Of a stretch of DNA of 64,000 nt, positions 52,217-64,000 are shown piece after piece. The number at the start of each line of letters is the position of its first letter. The stretch's first letter is position 1. The notes beneath the pieces were generated by a model, which did not search any database, was not told the origin of the DNA, and saw nothing but the letters and a program-made list of their open reading frames with translations. Source of the DNA: Phoronis australis (lineage: Eukaryota; Animalia; Phoronida). A program made the position numbers and the translations under genes. The stretch covers positions 546,594-610,593 of the forward strand of contig NMRA01000152.1 of assembly GCA_002633005.1 (NCBI GenBank). The letters are read 5' to 3'.

Positions 52217-55200
52217 TTAGCTGCACTCATTGCGGTCATACAATTGAATTTCAACCTTTCCTTTCATTCTTCGCACACAGTTGACGACCTCTAACCGACA
52301 TATGTTGGCTGCAGAAACAAAAGAAAGCATTTTTACAAATGCCTTGGGACTGTATACAGCGGTGTGTTAGAATGTAAGATAAGCTGCCAGGTTCTTCATT
52401 TCTATGAATCCGCTTGAAAATGACTTTTAGTTTAGATCACTAGTTACTGGTATCATGTTGTTATTTACTTAGATCAGAAGAGCTACTTCGCTCAAGGACA
52501 CGGCGTGCTGTTTTATGCGTCGAGCGATCTCAGGCGGTAACAAAACGTTTTCCAAGCTCACAAATAACTAATAATCTAAGTAATAAACAAGTTGAGACCT
52601 GTGTATGTACGCAAATAGGTCTAAATGAAAAGAGACGATTTTCGACAAAAGAGACCTTGGGCCTGTTCCAAGAAACTGACTTAAGTTCATTTTTTTACTT
52701 AAGTTTAAGATTTGTCTTAACTTCCAAACTTTGAAATTTCCACATTCGGCAAGGTAGTCACAGTTAAGACAAAACTTGTGTCAAACACTTAAGTAAAATT
52801 TAAGATCTCTTTCTTCAATTAGTTGTGAGACAAATTTAACATTTAATTTAAAGTTTACCAAAATTTAAGATATAACTTAGCTAAGCCAGTTTTGTTGGAA
52901 CGGGCCCCTTTATAACATCTTTTGAATCACGAGTTCAAACGGATATGCGCGTGCTGATTCTCTGTGACTTTTCTCGGCTAGCGTGGAAACGCAAAGCGTA
53001 GAGGGAAGTTGTAACTTTGCTAAGGAACGTTGAACAAAATAGTACGCAAATTCATTTAGTAAATTTGCATACTGAAGCGTTTTTTTTATCTTTATTTACG
53101 TGTTCTTGTGCGAAGTTCAAAATGGTAAGAATAAGAACCCCGGTAACACTAATTGGGTATACGGGACTGAGTGATATTGTTTAACGCTCGCCTTATGATT
53201 TTCAAAGTTGAACTCGGAGCTTCAGCACGCACAGCAGGACCCCAGAAAAAAAAAACTTAAATCACGTGCGCTTTGTTCAGTAAACTCACAAACTTTGGTA
53301 GCGTAAAATAATGTGTAACTTTTAAATTTGAGTTATTTCTGATTTTCCTATGCATGCAGTCACTCAGTTGAAAAATTTCGCGCAAAGTAGTTTCGACGAT
53401 TACATTTCACAAAATGAAGGAACCTACTGTATGTTTGACCGTCGTCCCCGCATACAGGGACGTACATGTCTGTACAGGTATCGGGGCAACATTCTCCCCT
53501 GTAATTGATCAGCGCACCTATTCTTTTCTCCGTGTGAGCAAGACACACCTCAACTTTTATTTCACACGCATTCCCTACAAAATAAATGGAAACGACTGTC
53601 CAAGCTGATTCAAAATTCAAAACGAAGCTTTTATTTTAAATATTATAAGGAAACTTAATTAAATTACATTTAAAAGCGATTTTTCCTGATTTGTTTGAAA
53701 AAGTACGCGGAGAAAGCAACGAATTCAATATATCGGAGCGCATCCAAGTTTCCACTCCTCAGAGTTAAAGTGATAACCATGCTAACCGACAGTAACTATT
53801 ATTGTCTAACCTTTATGCATGCATTAAGGCCCGTGCATCTATGTGTGACATTACGCTTATATCCGAGTTGAGGCGCATGAGCCTACACTACTCAAAAAGC
53901 ACGTGCAGTTTTGGATTCTTATTTCAGAGAAACTAACAAATGAACCCGATCCATGCAAGCATGTTTCCTGCAGGAAATCATTGAAAATTGTTGCATGTAA
54001 TTTTAAAATGTTTAAAATGTCTTATCAAAAACGAGAGGCATGAAACGGTTGATTTGAGTAGCGATTCACAAGAAAAAAAGCTCCAATTTAATCTAATTAC
54101 GAAAATCATCAACGAGTCCAATTAACCCTCACAAAAGTGTCTCAAATTTTCCTTTGCGTGATAGCAATTTGATTTCTTCCATCAGAAGAATTGAACAATA
54201 ACCTGCCGTAGTCTTGAAACGGACCACTTTTGGACCAACCCTGTTGCAAGTAATAGCGAATGTCCCTTCAAGAGTCCTTGTCAAGACCACTCACTGTTAT
54301 TAATAGGCATTTATTGAGCGTTTCAGACCAAACTGCTAATCTTCGTACTCGTGTGATCCAATCAAAGGACATGTATCTGTCCTCCAATCATTATCTTTTT
54401 GAAAGAATGCACCACTGCTTGGTTAGAGTTTTTCTAAAACTACTTGTATTCACCGTAATACAAATTTCGTGCGATGTACAGTTGTATGCTAAATTAGCAG
54501 AAATTTCCTACAAAACACAACAATTTATGAATACGTTTTTCTCCTTTTCTTGAAATTATGATTAAAAACAGAGGATAGACGTACTTTTTAGCAGTGTATT
54601 TGCGAAACACTTAATGAGTGAAACCAAAGACTGAGTTTTGAGTAAGACAGAATGTGCATGAGTGAAAGTTTTTTTTCTCTGTGACAAAACGATGAATGTT
54701 ACTGACGTGTAATTAAACAAAATGAAACCTTTAAATAACACCCAGTTTAAGACATGTACACCTTCTTTGGACATTAAAAGTTGTTGACAAGGAAATTTCA
54801 ATCGGCCACTCGTTCTGCTTGAGGTTGCTTAGACTACCTTCCATGTCAAACTCTATACGGGTTTTCTTTCTAGAATTTTGAAAATTTATCGCAGGCAGGA
54901 AAAATTGCGGAATTATTAGGTGTGTTCGCCCAAGTAAAAATACAGAAAAAAATCGATAAAATTTTCCGCAAAAATGTACAAGAAACGTTATGAAGAAGGG
55001 ATCTTTTCCTGAATGCTTTCATGCCATGCAAGAATCAATTTTCCAGTAGACCCGGCAGTCCGGTCGAGATGATTTGTGAAACACAATTTTTGCGATGAAC
55101 GCGTTTATTAACACAAAATCTGCCCAATAAATTTCTGATACTAACAGGTCTTTAGTTACACGTGCACGTAATCAGCCACCATGTCGACCCTGTCGAAACC

Positions 55201-57911
55201 CTTGCAGGGCCGCCTAGCGATGACGTATATCCAAGATCCACCTCGCTCTTGTTTTATACATTGTGCTGACTCCAGTTGACAAATATTGTCTGTAGGACAA
55301 GTGGATTATTCATAATAACTTACAGCGCATGTTAACGTATCTTCAAAGTTTACTCAACTTTAAACGTCAATCTACACTTTTGATGAACTGAGGGAAGTCA
55401 AGTCTTGGATTTGAATATCACCTCCTTGAAGCGCTAGCGGTATGTAAAGATTTAAGACAATGACGAATTCGGAGTTGAGGTCACAATTCCAATTCCAGGC
55501 CATTTCTAACAAAAAACAAACTACTGTAAGGCAATGCTTAGATTTGAAAATGGAAGTAAACTGAAATACAGTGCTACTGTAAAGGACTGAACGCGTATCT
55601 GAACGCAATTGCTAATAGTCAAAATAAAAAAAAAATTCTCAAGGATTTTATATTTAGACGCATGCGTTCAGTTCCCACTAATAAGCGCACACCTTCGCAT
55701 AACTTCTGCAGACTTCAAGTATTTTGCATATGAATATTTAATGTTAGAATGAAAACACTCAAACTCACCGTTTATTATTGGATAAGTCAAGATTTACTCA
55801 TCTGCTTTCCTAAAAACATCGTTTGCTCAAATGTTTGGCGTAGAGGTGCATGTGCCTAAATCCGAATAAAGGCAATGCTTCACGTATAGGCGTATGAGCC
55901 TAAATGCGCGCATACACGGTATTGGTCTACTTAGAGACCGCCTACTTACGGTAAGTTCGCCCGTCACTGCCACAGATGGGATCGTAATCTTTGGGACAGT
56001 CTTTGTTACAGCATTCACCGTTGTAATCCAACAGTAACATCCTACGCTCAAGATCCGCTACACACATTGCCTTCCGTAACTGGCATTCATTTGCTTATTC
56101 AACAGAAATAACAAAAGATGTCAGATACACCTTTGACATGTTCATTGCTTGGTGCAAAACATTTTCGAAAGCAATTCAACTTCTTTATGCATACTACCAG
56201 GAAGAGATAACCAGGTTATCTTAATGATAATACTAACTTAAATTTCTAAAATACAACTAAACCACGGCCAAAACTTCGCAATATCGAAAACTGCGTAAAT
56301 ACAACACAAACGTCCTGCGTACAGAAACAATGCAGTTAAAGTTGTATTTTGCCCTCTTTAGCTGCCTGAAAATGAAAATCGAGTTAAAGTAAGGACTTTA
56401 CTCTCACAAAATAATATTCTCACCATGAATGGTTCTATTTTCAGTACCAACAAGAACATCGAAATCATTACCAATTCAAGAATTTGTTTCACAGCCTTTT
56501 GGGATTGGTCAACCCTAGGCACGTGACCTGTCGTAAAATATACATTTACAGACCAACTCTAGAATAGCAGAATCGAAAATGACGCTTGTAGGCTACGCAT
56601 TGCCTGTAACTCGAATTGTCGGCTCATTCGGCAATAATTGAAGATCTGATTATCGTGCTGATGGCTTTAACCCCAATGATTTTCGGTTAAGAATTCAACA
56701 TTAACAAATTAACAGAGGCAAAAAGCAGCTTTAAAGAGACATATTTATTATAAACATTTACCACAGTGTACCTATTTCCTGTCTTCAGTGGTACATTTCT
56801 GTCAAAACAGAAAACATTTATGACGTCAAGAACTGCAACATTTGAGCTTCGCTGGTACCCGCATAAGGTGTAGATGACATGTATCTACCGAGGGTACCAG
56901 AGTACGTTTGAACTCTAGCTAGAGTTCTATGGTTTGAACATTATTCTTACTATAAGTTTTTCCGTCGGTTGCACATACAGGTTCGAACGTGACACTGCAC
57001 ATAATTAATGAGCAGTCGTCTCTCGGATCGCAGGAGCCCATGTGAACAGGCTTTGTCAGTCTACCACGGCATAAGGCCTTCTGCAAAATGCAATAATTTT
57101 CTGAAATTAAAAAAGAGAATGGTCAAAATCTAGCCTCTTGACGAATAACCTATTTTAGCAGTCTAGAAAAGAGGCCACATTTCCCATTAATTAACTAAAG
57201 GAGAAATAACAGCGGCATGAAAAAGTGAATTTATAGACGGCATACCATCATTTCTTTGCCGTTGTGACCAGGTTATTAACGCTACACTGCAACTATTGCG
57301 TAGAGTAGTAAGAATGGGTTAGTAAACCCATAAATCGATTGTGATACTACCAACAAAATTAAACCGATTAAAAACATAATTTACATTATCAAGAATTGTG
57401 TAATCGATTCAGAATCTATTTTCGCCAATATGCAATTCTAACATATCACAGGTATTTGCAAAACGATTTAACCATCAAAAATCGGAAGGGCAAATAAACA
57501 TCCATTTATCTTTCTAATCGTCTCTAACTTACTGTATGTACGTCCGTCATCGCCACAAACTGGTTGAAAGACATCTGGACAAATGCTTTCACACAACACC
57601 TTTCTGTGAAAAACGGGCAAACCTTGGCAGAAAAGGAATACTTGTTGACGAAGGAACGCGAGCCCTGAAACAGGCAGTGTCTATGTCAAAATGATATCAA
57701 CATGTTGATATCATCATTGCAAGCTATATCAAGTTCAACAAAAATTTGCACGGCAGTCAACATCATGTCAACCAAACTATCAGGTGGTCGGAATCACTTA
57801 AAACATATTTCACACATGCAGTTAATGGTTGATTTTTGTCCTTTTCATAGATGTTAGATTTTATGATTTGAACTCACCTACTACCAAAATACAAAGTCTG
57901 AATGATCCCAT
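52217..57911 (-). CDS. Secreted multidomain (4x) Kazal-type serine protease inhibitor, 6 exons, 232 aa
   Basis: Exons 57911-57878, 57664-57533, 57100-56951, 56093-55950, 53574-53428, 52308-52217 (699 nt, all introns phase 1). Hydrophobic leader MGSFRLCILVVGLAFL; four C-x3/4-C-x6-[VI]C[GA]xDGxTYxNxC-x6-C...C units (CESICPDVFQPVCGDDGRTY, CSLIMCSVTFEPVCATDGKTY, CNKDCPKDYDPICGSDGRTY, CPDTCTDMYVPVCGDDGQTY). First exon is less certain than the Kazal exons. Confidence 0.9.
52659..52907. mobile_element. PIF/Harbinger-like MITE in the last Kazal intron
   Basis: TIRs GGGCCTGTTCCAAGAAACTGACTTA / TAAGCCAGTTTTGTTGGAACGGGCCC; 3-bp CTT on both sides. Confidence 0.75.
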
Positions 57912-58821
57912 ATTAGAATGTGAAAACAAGAAGATGAAATTGGGAGTCTTTTGTTGCCAAAGTGTTGGGAACTAGCACGAAGAGATAACATCATAGAATC
58001 TTGGAATATAGATCATGACGTCACGCGTTTGTAATGCAAAATAGGTTGCGGGATAACTGAATTTGTAATTAAAGGAATATGAACTAATATTATTAAGGCC
58101 TTTAAAAATGTACAAATTTGGCTAACTCCGGAACACCATATCTCAGTCAGAACTTCTAATTGTATGGAACTTTGAAACACTATGTTTTATGCACTATTCT
58201 CCAAAACGCTTTTAAGAACATCATATTTCATGGATAGTTTACTGCTCTCAGTTGTTTTCGATTGCTTATCTTATGTCAAAATGCGTGTACTTTAGGCAGG
58301 GATTGCCGAGGAACAATTCGAAGAGCAAGTTGAGCAACATATAATGTAGGAAAGAAAAATACATTTAAAGCTGAGAAAGCGTCTACGAAGGACTTTGGTT
58401 GGCCTTCTTGTTGGGATGTAAAAATTTAGCATGAAAGAATATACAGTACAGCTCGTGGCGCGAAATATTCGCAGACCTTAATGTTTAGATGTTTGTTTAC
58501 GTATGTGTGTGCGCGCACGCGTGTGCTTGTGGCCGTGCGTGTGTGTGCGTGTGTATCTCTCGTTGATTTCAGTGAGGTTTTAACAAGGCTTGCCTTTGCC
58601 CAAAGGAGCAGTCATTTAGATTTGAGACTTCCATTTTCTTCTTGAGTTCCGTCTATGGCCTAGTCTAGAATGCTTAGGTCTAATTATATCCCAGTGTGTA
58701 TTCGAAACTTTCTATAGTCAACGGTTGAAGGTTGAATAGATTATGAAATGTTTATATCCCTATATGCAAATTTGTTTGTTATAATAACAAGAATGTATGC
58801 AGAAAAATAGTCCCGAGCCTA

Positions 58822-59006
58822 GGGCCAGTTGCATAAAACAGGATTTTTTCTTTTGAAGTCTTATTTCAAGAACTTCTATTTTAGTGTATTAGCTCACGAA
58901 GTTGTAAGCTTTAAAAAAACTACAGGCAATTGGCCAAGGTCGCAGAAAACGGGATTAAGAGAGATAATTCGACCCAGTCTTGATCCTGTTTTAAGCAACC
59001 GAGCCC
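58822..59006. mobile_element. PIF/Harbinger-like MITE
   Basis: TIRs GGGCCAGTTGCATAAAACAGGAT / ATCCTGTTTTAAGCAACCGAGCCC. Confidence 0.7.
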
Positions 59007-59914
59007 AGAACCTCTTACGTTGCTACCGAAGTCATGCATGTATACAGACGTATTTACCTTGACTCACCTTTTTAACGTGAAATTACGACTTCATCTTACT
59101 ATGCTTTAATCACATGTCTGTTTAATTTTCTAGAAAAAATGAAATAAAATCCGACATAAAAGCCCCGAGTGTCACCGAATTCTTTGAAAAAATTGATAAG
59201 CCAGCGTGTCCAGGATGCTTGGATGATACACCGTTTTAGTTTCGTGCAAAATAGTTTCCTATGAAGGAGAGCGAAATCCCACCTGCCCCTCTTTGCGGCC
59301 GGGCGCGGCGCATTGAATAATAATTCGCGCCTATTCAAACACACAAACAAAAATGATCAAATAACTTTCATCTGCAAAGAGTTCTGAAAATTTGGTAAAC
59401 GTAATTGAACTACAGCAGACTGTCACGATCTCTCTTTTTGTCGTGCTTTTTTGACGGAAGCGAAACAACTACCAGGCGGAAGGGCACGGGTGATGACCCG
59501 TTCTCGCCTATCGACCACAGTAGAAACCAGGTGGCGCTGTATGCCAGGTGCGACAGATTTTCAACAGGGCGTGACGCATCTCGGAATATTTAATCTATGA
59601 GGCGCGCTTAGCAGCTTTTTAAAAGGTGGATCTATAATTTGTAGGCTTTCTGGGCGTACTGGCTTCATAACTCCAGTCGAAGAAAACTTTTAAAATGCGC
59701 CAGAAAAAGGCAAATATGAGTCAATGCTGTTTTTTGCTGTATTTCATGAATATTATATAGTCATCGGTCGATAGTTCTGATTTCTTAAGTTCCACAAGTA
59801 CATTACGTAATGGAGCTCAGTCTGGACCAGAAATCGCCGTAAGCGTTATATCCGCATAAAAGTGAAGTAAAGTACATTAAAAGATGGGTAAATACTGGTC
59901 TAGTCAATGGTCTG

Positions 59915-60275
59915 CTTAATCGGTCCTTTAAAATATGTAGCAAAGAACTCTATAAAGACACACACCGGTGCTGTTCTTAACCATTCATTTACTACTGACC
60001 ACCCTACAGATTAATCTGGTGTTCAAGAATAATGCCACCCTCAGGCTCCTCATAAAGGAGGCTATGCATAATTATACAGTTGAACCATATATTGAACGAT
60101 ATCTGAACGGGTTCATTTGATCTCCAACTGTTTTGATTTCTGATTTCTCCCCTCACATGCACCTGTGTACCTGTACAGTCTGTTCTCCACCTGTGTCACC
60201 AGACTGTAATATTGTGAACATTTTTCTTTTGTCTTGAGAATGGTTTAGAGACAACAAACCGAAACGTCGATCAAC
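59915..60275 (+). mobile_element. Decayed 3' end of a Penelope-like retroelement (GIY-YIG tail + hammerhead-like motif)
   Basis: Frameshifted fragments NRSFKICSKEL / TGAVLNHSFTTDHPTD* / ATLRLLIKEAMH resemble PLE endonuclease motifs (GRSLxxRxKEH, SAVAxH...GHxIDW, RLIKEAIHI). Followed by TTGAGAA-T-GGTTT-loop-AAACC-GAAAC-GTC at 60234-60268. Confidence 0.6.
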
Positions 60276-63200
60276 ATGTCGTTGTTTACACATGCGCTTC
60301 TTTTAAAGTTCGTTCTCGCATTTTGGCCAAAAACAAATGTGATCAGTCTTTAGCTAGGAGTCTAAGACGTACAGGTATTTTCACACTCTACTTCAATTTT
60401 CATAGTTTAATAGAAATGACATTTAATTGATTTATTACTTACGGAGTCCCAATTTTGTACGTCACGGTCAATTAATCTATAAAGAAAGTCTGAAAGGAAC
60501 AATTCTACGTCACCCGGTCCGTATAACCATACCTCTTCAAACCTGAAGGTGTACAGTAGCATTTTCACAGAATATCATGCATGCTAGTTGTGCCTGCCGG
60601 CGTCCTAACATTGTTGCCCTGCGCAAGATAGTGTAACACTGAATTGGATATCTATGAGACTTCTTCTGAAGCAGCCTTGACCAGTAATCAACGGGTTTAA
60701 ACATCTACTTTAAGTATACAACATATAATTACCACACTCGCCCCTAACCATGACGTTTGGCGTCTTTTTGTTTAGTCACAAGGCATACGTGTAGAGATCG
60801 TTTTGAACACTTTCTATAAAGTTGACTATTGAGACACCCCAAATCTCTCCACCATAACTTAAAATCGGTAGAATCATCATACTATCAAACAGCTTTAAAA
60901 GGGCTGATGGTGAACTGCAATGTAATTTAGACAAACGATCCTTTGTCAATGTTACTGCATTTCGAGCCTGTAGTACAAGAACTTTGCAGGGTTGACTCCT
61001 ATTGAGACGCCAGCGTGTAACACCTAGGTATTAAGGCGGTTTGTGTTCAGTTAATTTATCGCCTACAAGTACCAGTTTTCGCGTGAACAGACGGCACCAC
61101 CATGTTTATAAGCGATGGCACTAGTTGTTTCTAAAAACATTGCAAAATGCCAGTTTCATTTACAGAATTCTCCAAGCACGTTTAGTTTTCGTTGCATCTC
61201 AATTAAAATTTCACAGTAAACAACATTACGGGGTTAACTTTTTAGAAACTAGACTAACACTGTTTCCAGTCAACATGACATCATCGGCAAAAATAGACAG
61301 TTAAAAACACAATGAGTATTAACGTAGATTCCTCTGCTACAACGCTCTCTTAAATCAGAGACTAGACCACTCACAAACATTGAAAATAACCAAGGGCTTA
61401 TAATGCCATAACGAAAGTCTAATCATCTAATTTCTTGCCGTCTATCCGCCCTTAAATTTCTATCATCAAAAATCTTTTTTGCACTCTTACGCCGAGACAA
61501 AATGTCGAGTCGGACGTCTTTTGGCATGAGCATCGATTATTATCATCATTATTTTGATACCCTGGACGTAAATGGTGACTATGACAGGATGATTAAACGT
61601 TGTCGTGGAGGATTTTCTGATCAGAGTCGACTACAATAGATAACTCCAAAGTACATGAACGTTGCGTAATTGGTGCACTGGTCGGTTTAAATTACGCAGA
61701 TTAGCAATGAAAATCAAGTTAAACAAACATATTTCGGACGGTTCCGTAATGAGATTAACACAGTGTAATCAAATTTGTTTGTATTCTATAACTATATAGT
61801 ATGCAATATGCAGCTTCATGCTTCACAAACATCCATTGTATATTTGCTTTGACAACGCAGACAGTTTCACTTTGGTAACGTGTGACGAACTGACATCAGG
61901 ACTTGCGTACTTGACCACGAAACTCCGTACATTGCAGTTTGAAGAAATTTCCGGCGTATGCTGTTATGTATCCTGTTGCGTGTATATCTAGGACATGTTA
62001 AACTCTTTGTTAGTATCCACACAGCGAACCAGAGAAATGTGTCGCCTTTGTACACTGCAAATTTATAGTCAACACATAAACATGAATGTGAACGTTTTTA
62101 TTGGGTTTAGTTTATTCCAATCTGAATTTTATGGCCGTGCCCTGTAGGAGCGAGCAATTTTCAGCTATTTTAACCTGCATTAAAACACAGGTTCAATACT
62201 CCATCAACGGTGTTTAATATACCATTTCTTTGTTCACTTTTAAATTTAAATGTAATTTTCTAATCGTAAACGAAATGTTCACACAACCGGATTACAATTG
62301 CCGTTTACATCTCTCACTATTGACACTAACTGATAGCGACAAATTTAGGAGGATTAAAAATCACTTCAGTTTTTGTAGACGCCAGCCACCTGCTGAGACT
62401 GGGAGAGTTAGGGAACCTAAGTGATGACAGGAAGGAAAAACGACTTTCTTGACCAGGTCAATATTTTTAATGATGTGATATTTTAGGATATCACCTTCCT
62501 TCATAGCCAGTCGACCAATTTCCCAGACTGGCTGTATAAATATACACTTGTCCACGTAAATGATAAAAGTCCAAAAACAAGAGCTGGGGTCTCGCTTGCC
62601 TGTGAATAGAGCTAAAAAATCTGTGACAAGGAACCAATAGGCGTAATCACGTGATTTACGTTTACAAACGAAGAAGCAGGCTGTGAATGGAGAATTTTGT
62701 TCGTGTCTGGAAGAAAGATTTTACAGAATAAGAAACAGTCGGATATAGAGTTCACAGACAGGTAATTGCAACATGCAATAGTCCCATATCTCAAAGGTGT
62801 ATTTGGATGAATGCCACTTAAAGAGAAAGAACTCTGTGCCTAGCTATACAAATTTAGGATGTTGACTCCAGCCAAGTTAAAACCATTCAAGAGGCCCCCT
62901 TTGATATTGAACTGATAACGGATTCATTCCTTTTTGCTTAACGGATAAAAGAGTAGTTCGACCACGTAATTTTTAGTGTCGCCAATTCCCCCTAAATTGT
63001 CATTATTATAATGACAGAACACTTGTTATGAACTAGAGAGTTATCATGGGTTCTGGTTACTACACCTGACCATTGACAGCTGTCAGTAAAAATGAGGTTT
63101 TACTTATTTGCTTGACGAAATACTGTTCAATTCGAATTGGACTGATTTAAGTGGCGATGCCCAGTTTTTCATTTCGTCTCAAGTGCTCACAAGAATGACC

Positions 63201-63715
63201 ACGGTCTGTTTGCAAAAATGTAGCCATTTTTATAAATGATTAAAGTAACTTTCTTCGGCAAATAAAAGGAAATGTTTCTATGATGGTATTTCAACAAATT
63301 AAAGTTCATGAAAGAATTGGTGGACGATGAAAAGATATCGTGCTCAATGGACAGAGCTAGGGTTACGTTTGACAAATACTCAGTTAGATTGTAGAGATGT
63401 TAACGCGTGATGCACTTCAATAGTACGTGTATAACCCACAACTCGTGTTGATGACCAGTGATGATAAGATTCGCTATCGAAATCCATCCGTATTGGGTTG
63501 CATGATTGTGACGTCTTAGCTCAATGGGTGGTACATCCAAAAGAAAGTGACGCGGTTCGTAAAAAATGTAATAGACGTTTTACATCTTGTTTAACGAAAA
63601 AAATTATTTTCTTCAAAGAACGTCTTTTTAATTGTAAGCGACATTAATACATGTAGTCTCACGTAAGATAGTTAATATAATATAATATCTTAATATATAG
63701 TTTACACTGCCTCTT

Positions 63716-63878
63716 CATAGGCGGATCCGGGAGAGGGTCAAGGGGCCCGGATTACCCCTCTTTTCCCTTGATTTCAGTGATATCAAATCTAGAAATTTCA
63801 AAATGTTGACTTGGACCACCCTTTTCAAAAAATCCTTGATCCGACTCCCCTCTTAAATAAATCTTGGATCCACCCCTG
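63716..63878. mobile_element. hAT-like GC-rich MITE
   Basis: Ends AGGCGGATCCGGG / CTTGGATCCACCCCTG; flanked by CTCTTCAT and CTCTTAAT (8 bp, 1 mismatch). Confidence 0.7.
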
Positions 63879-64000
63879 CTCTTAATCTGACAGTATTTGT
63901 GACACCCTAGTTTCACAACAAGTGTGTTATCATACAAACTTCATTATACCTACAACGAAAGTGAAGAGATCATATGAACTGAAATATACAAAGAGAACAC

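Noticed and set aside
60400-63700. Short ORFs (61867-62055, 62612-62794, 63187-63375) as exons of another gene
   Set aside because: No recognisable motif or consistent splice chain.

Overview
Eukaryotic (animal) genomic DNA, AT-rich with many short GT-AG introns; it looks like a marine invertebrate, possibly a mollusc (inference only). I spliced three intron-containing genes by hand, all on the minus strand: TMEM120 (11 coding exons, 379 aa, 2821-14069), SUPT6H/Spt6 (36 coding exons, 1726 aa, 17800-48056, probable non-coding first exon near 50750) and a secreted four-domain Kazal inhibitor (6 exons, 232 aa, 52217-57911). Two duplicated blocks inside SPT6 (27676-32014; 47762-48600 vs 49345-50183) sit at N-gaps and look like uncollapsed haplotypes. 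Introns are full of MITEs and foldback elements. Most interesting: (1) a palindromic repeat family carrying a tRNA-like cloverleaf inside its inverted arms, seen at four loci as a nested deletion series; (2) a minimal Penelope-type hammerhead ribozyme in sense orientation in an SPT6 intron, embedded in a 68-bp near-perfect inverted repeat that would mask it; (3) a second hammerhead-like motif (U3-A8 variant) at the end of a decayed Penelope-like element; (4) inverted repeat copies bracketing the SPT6 terminal exon. No CRISPR or prokaryotic system is present.
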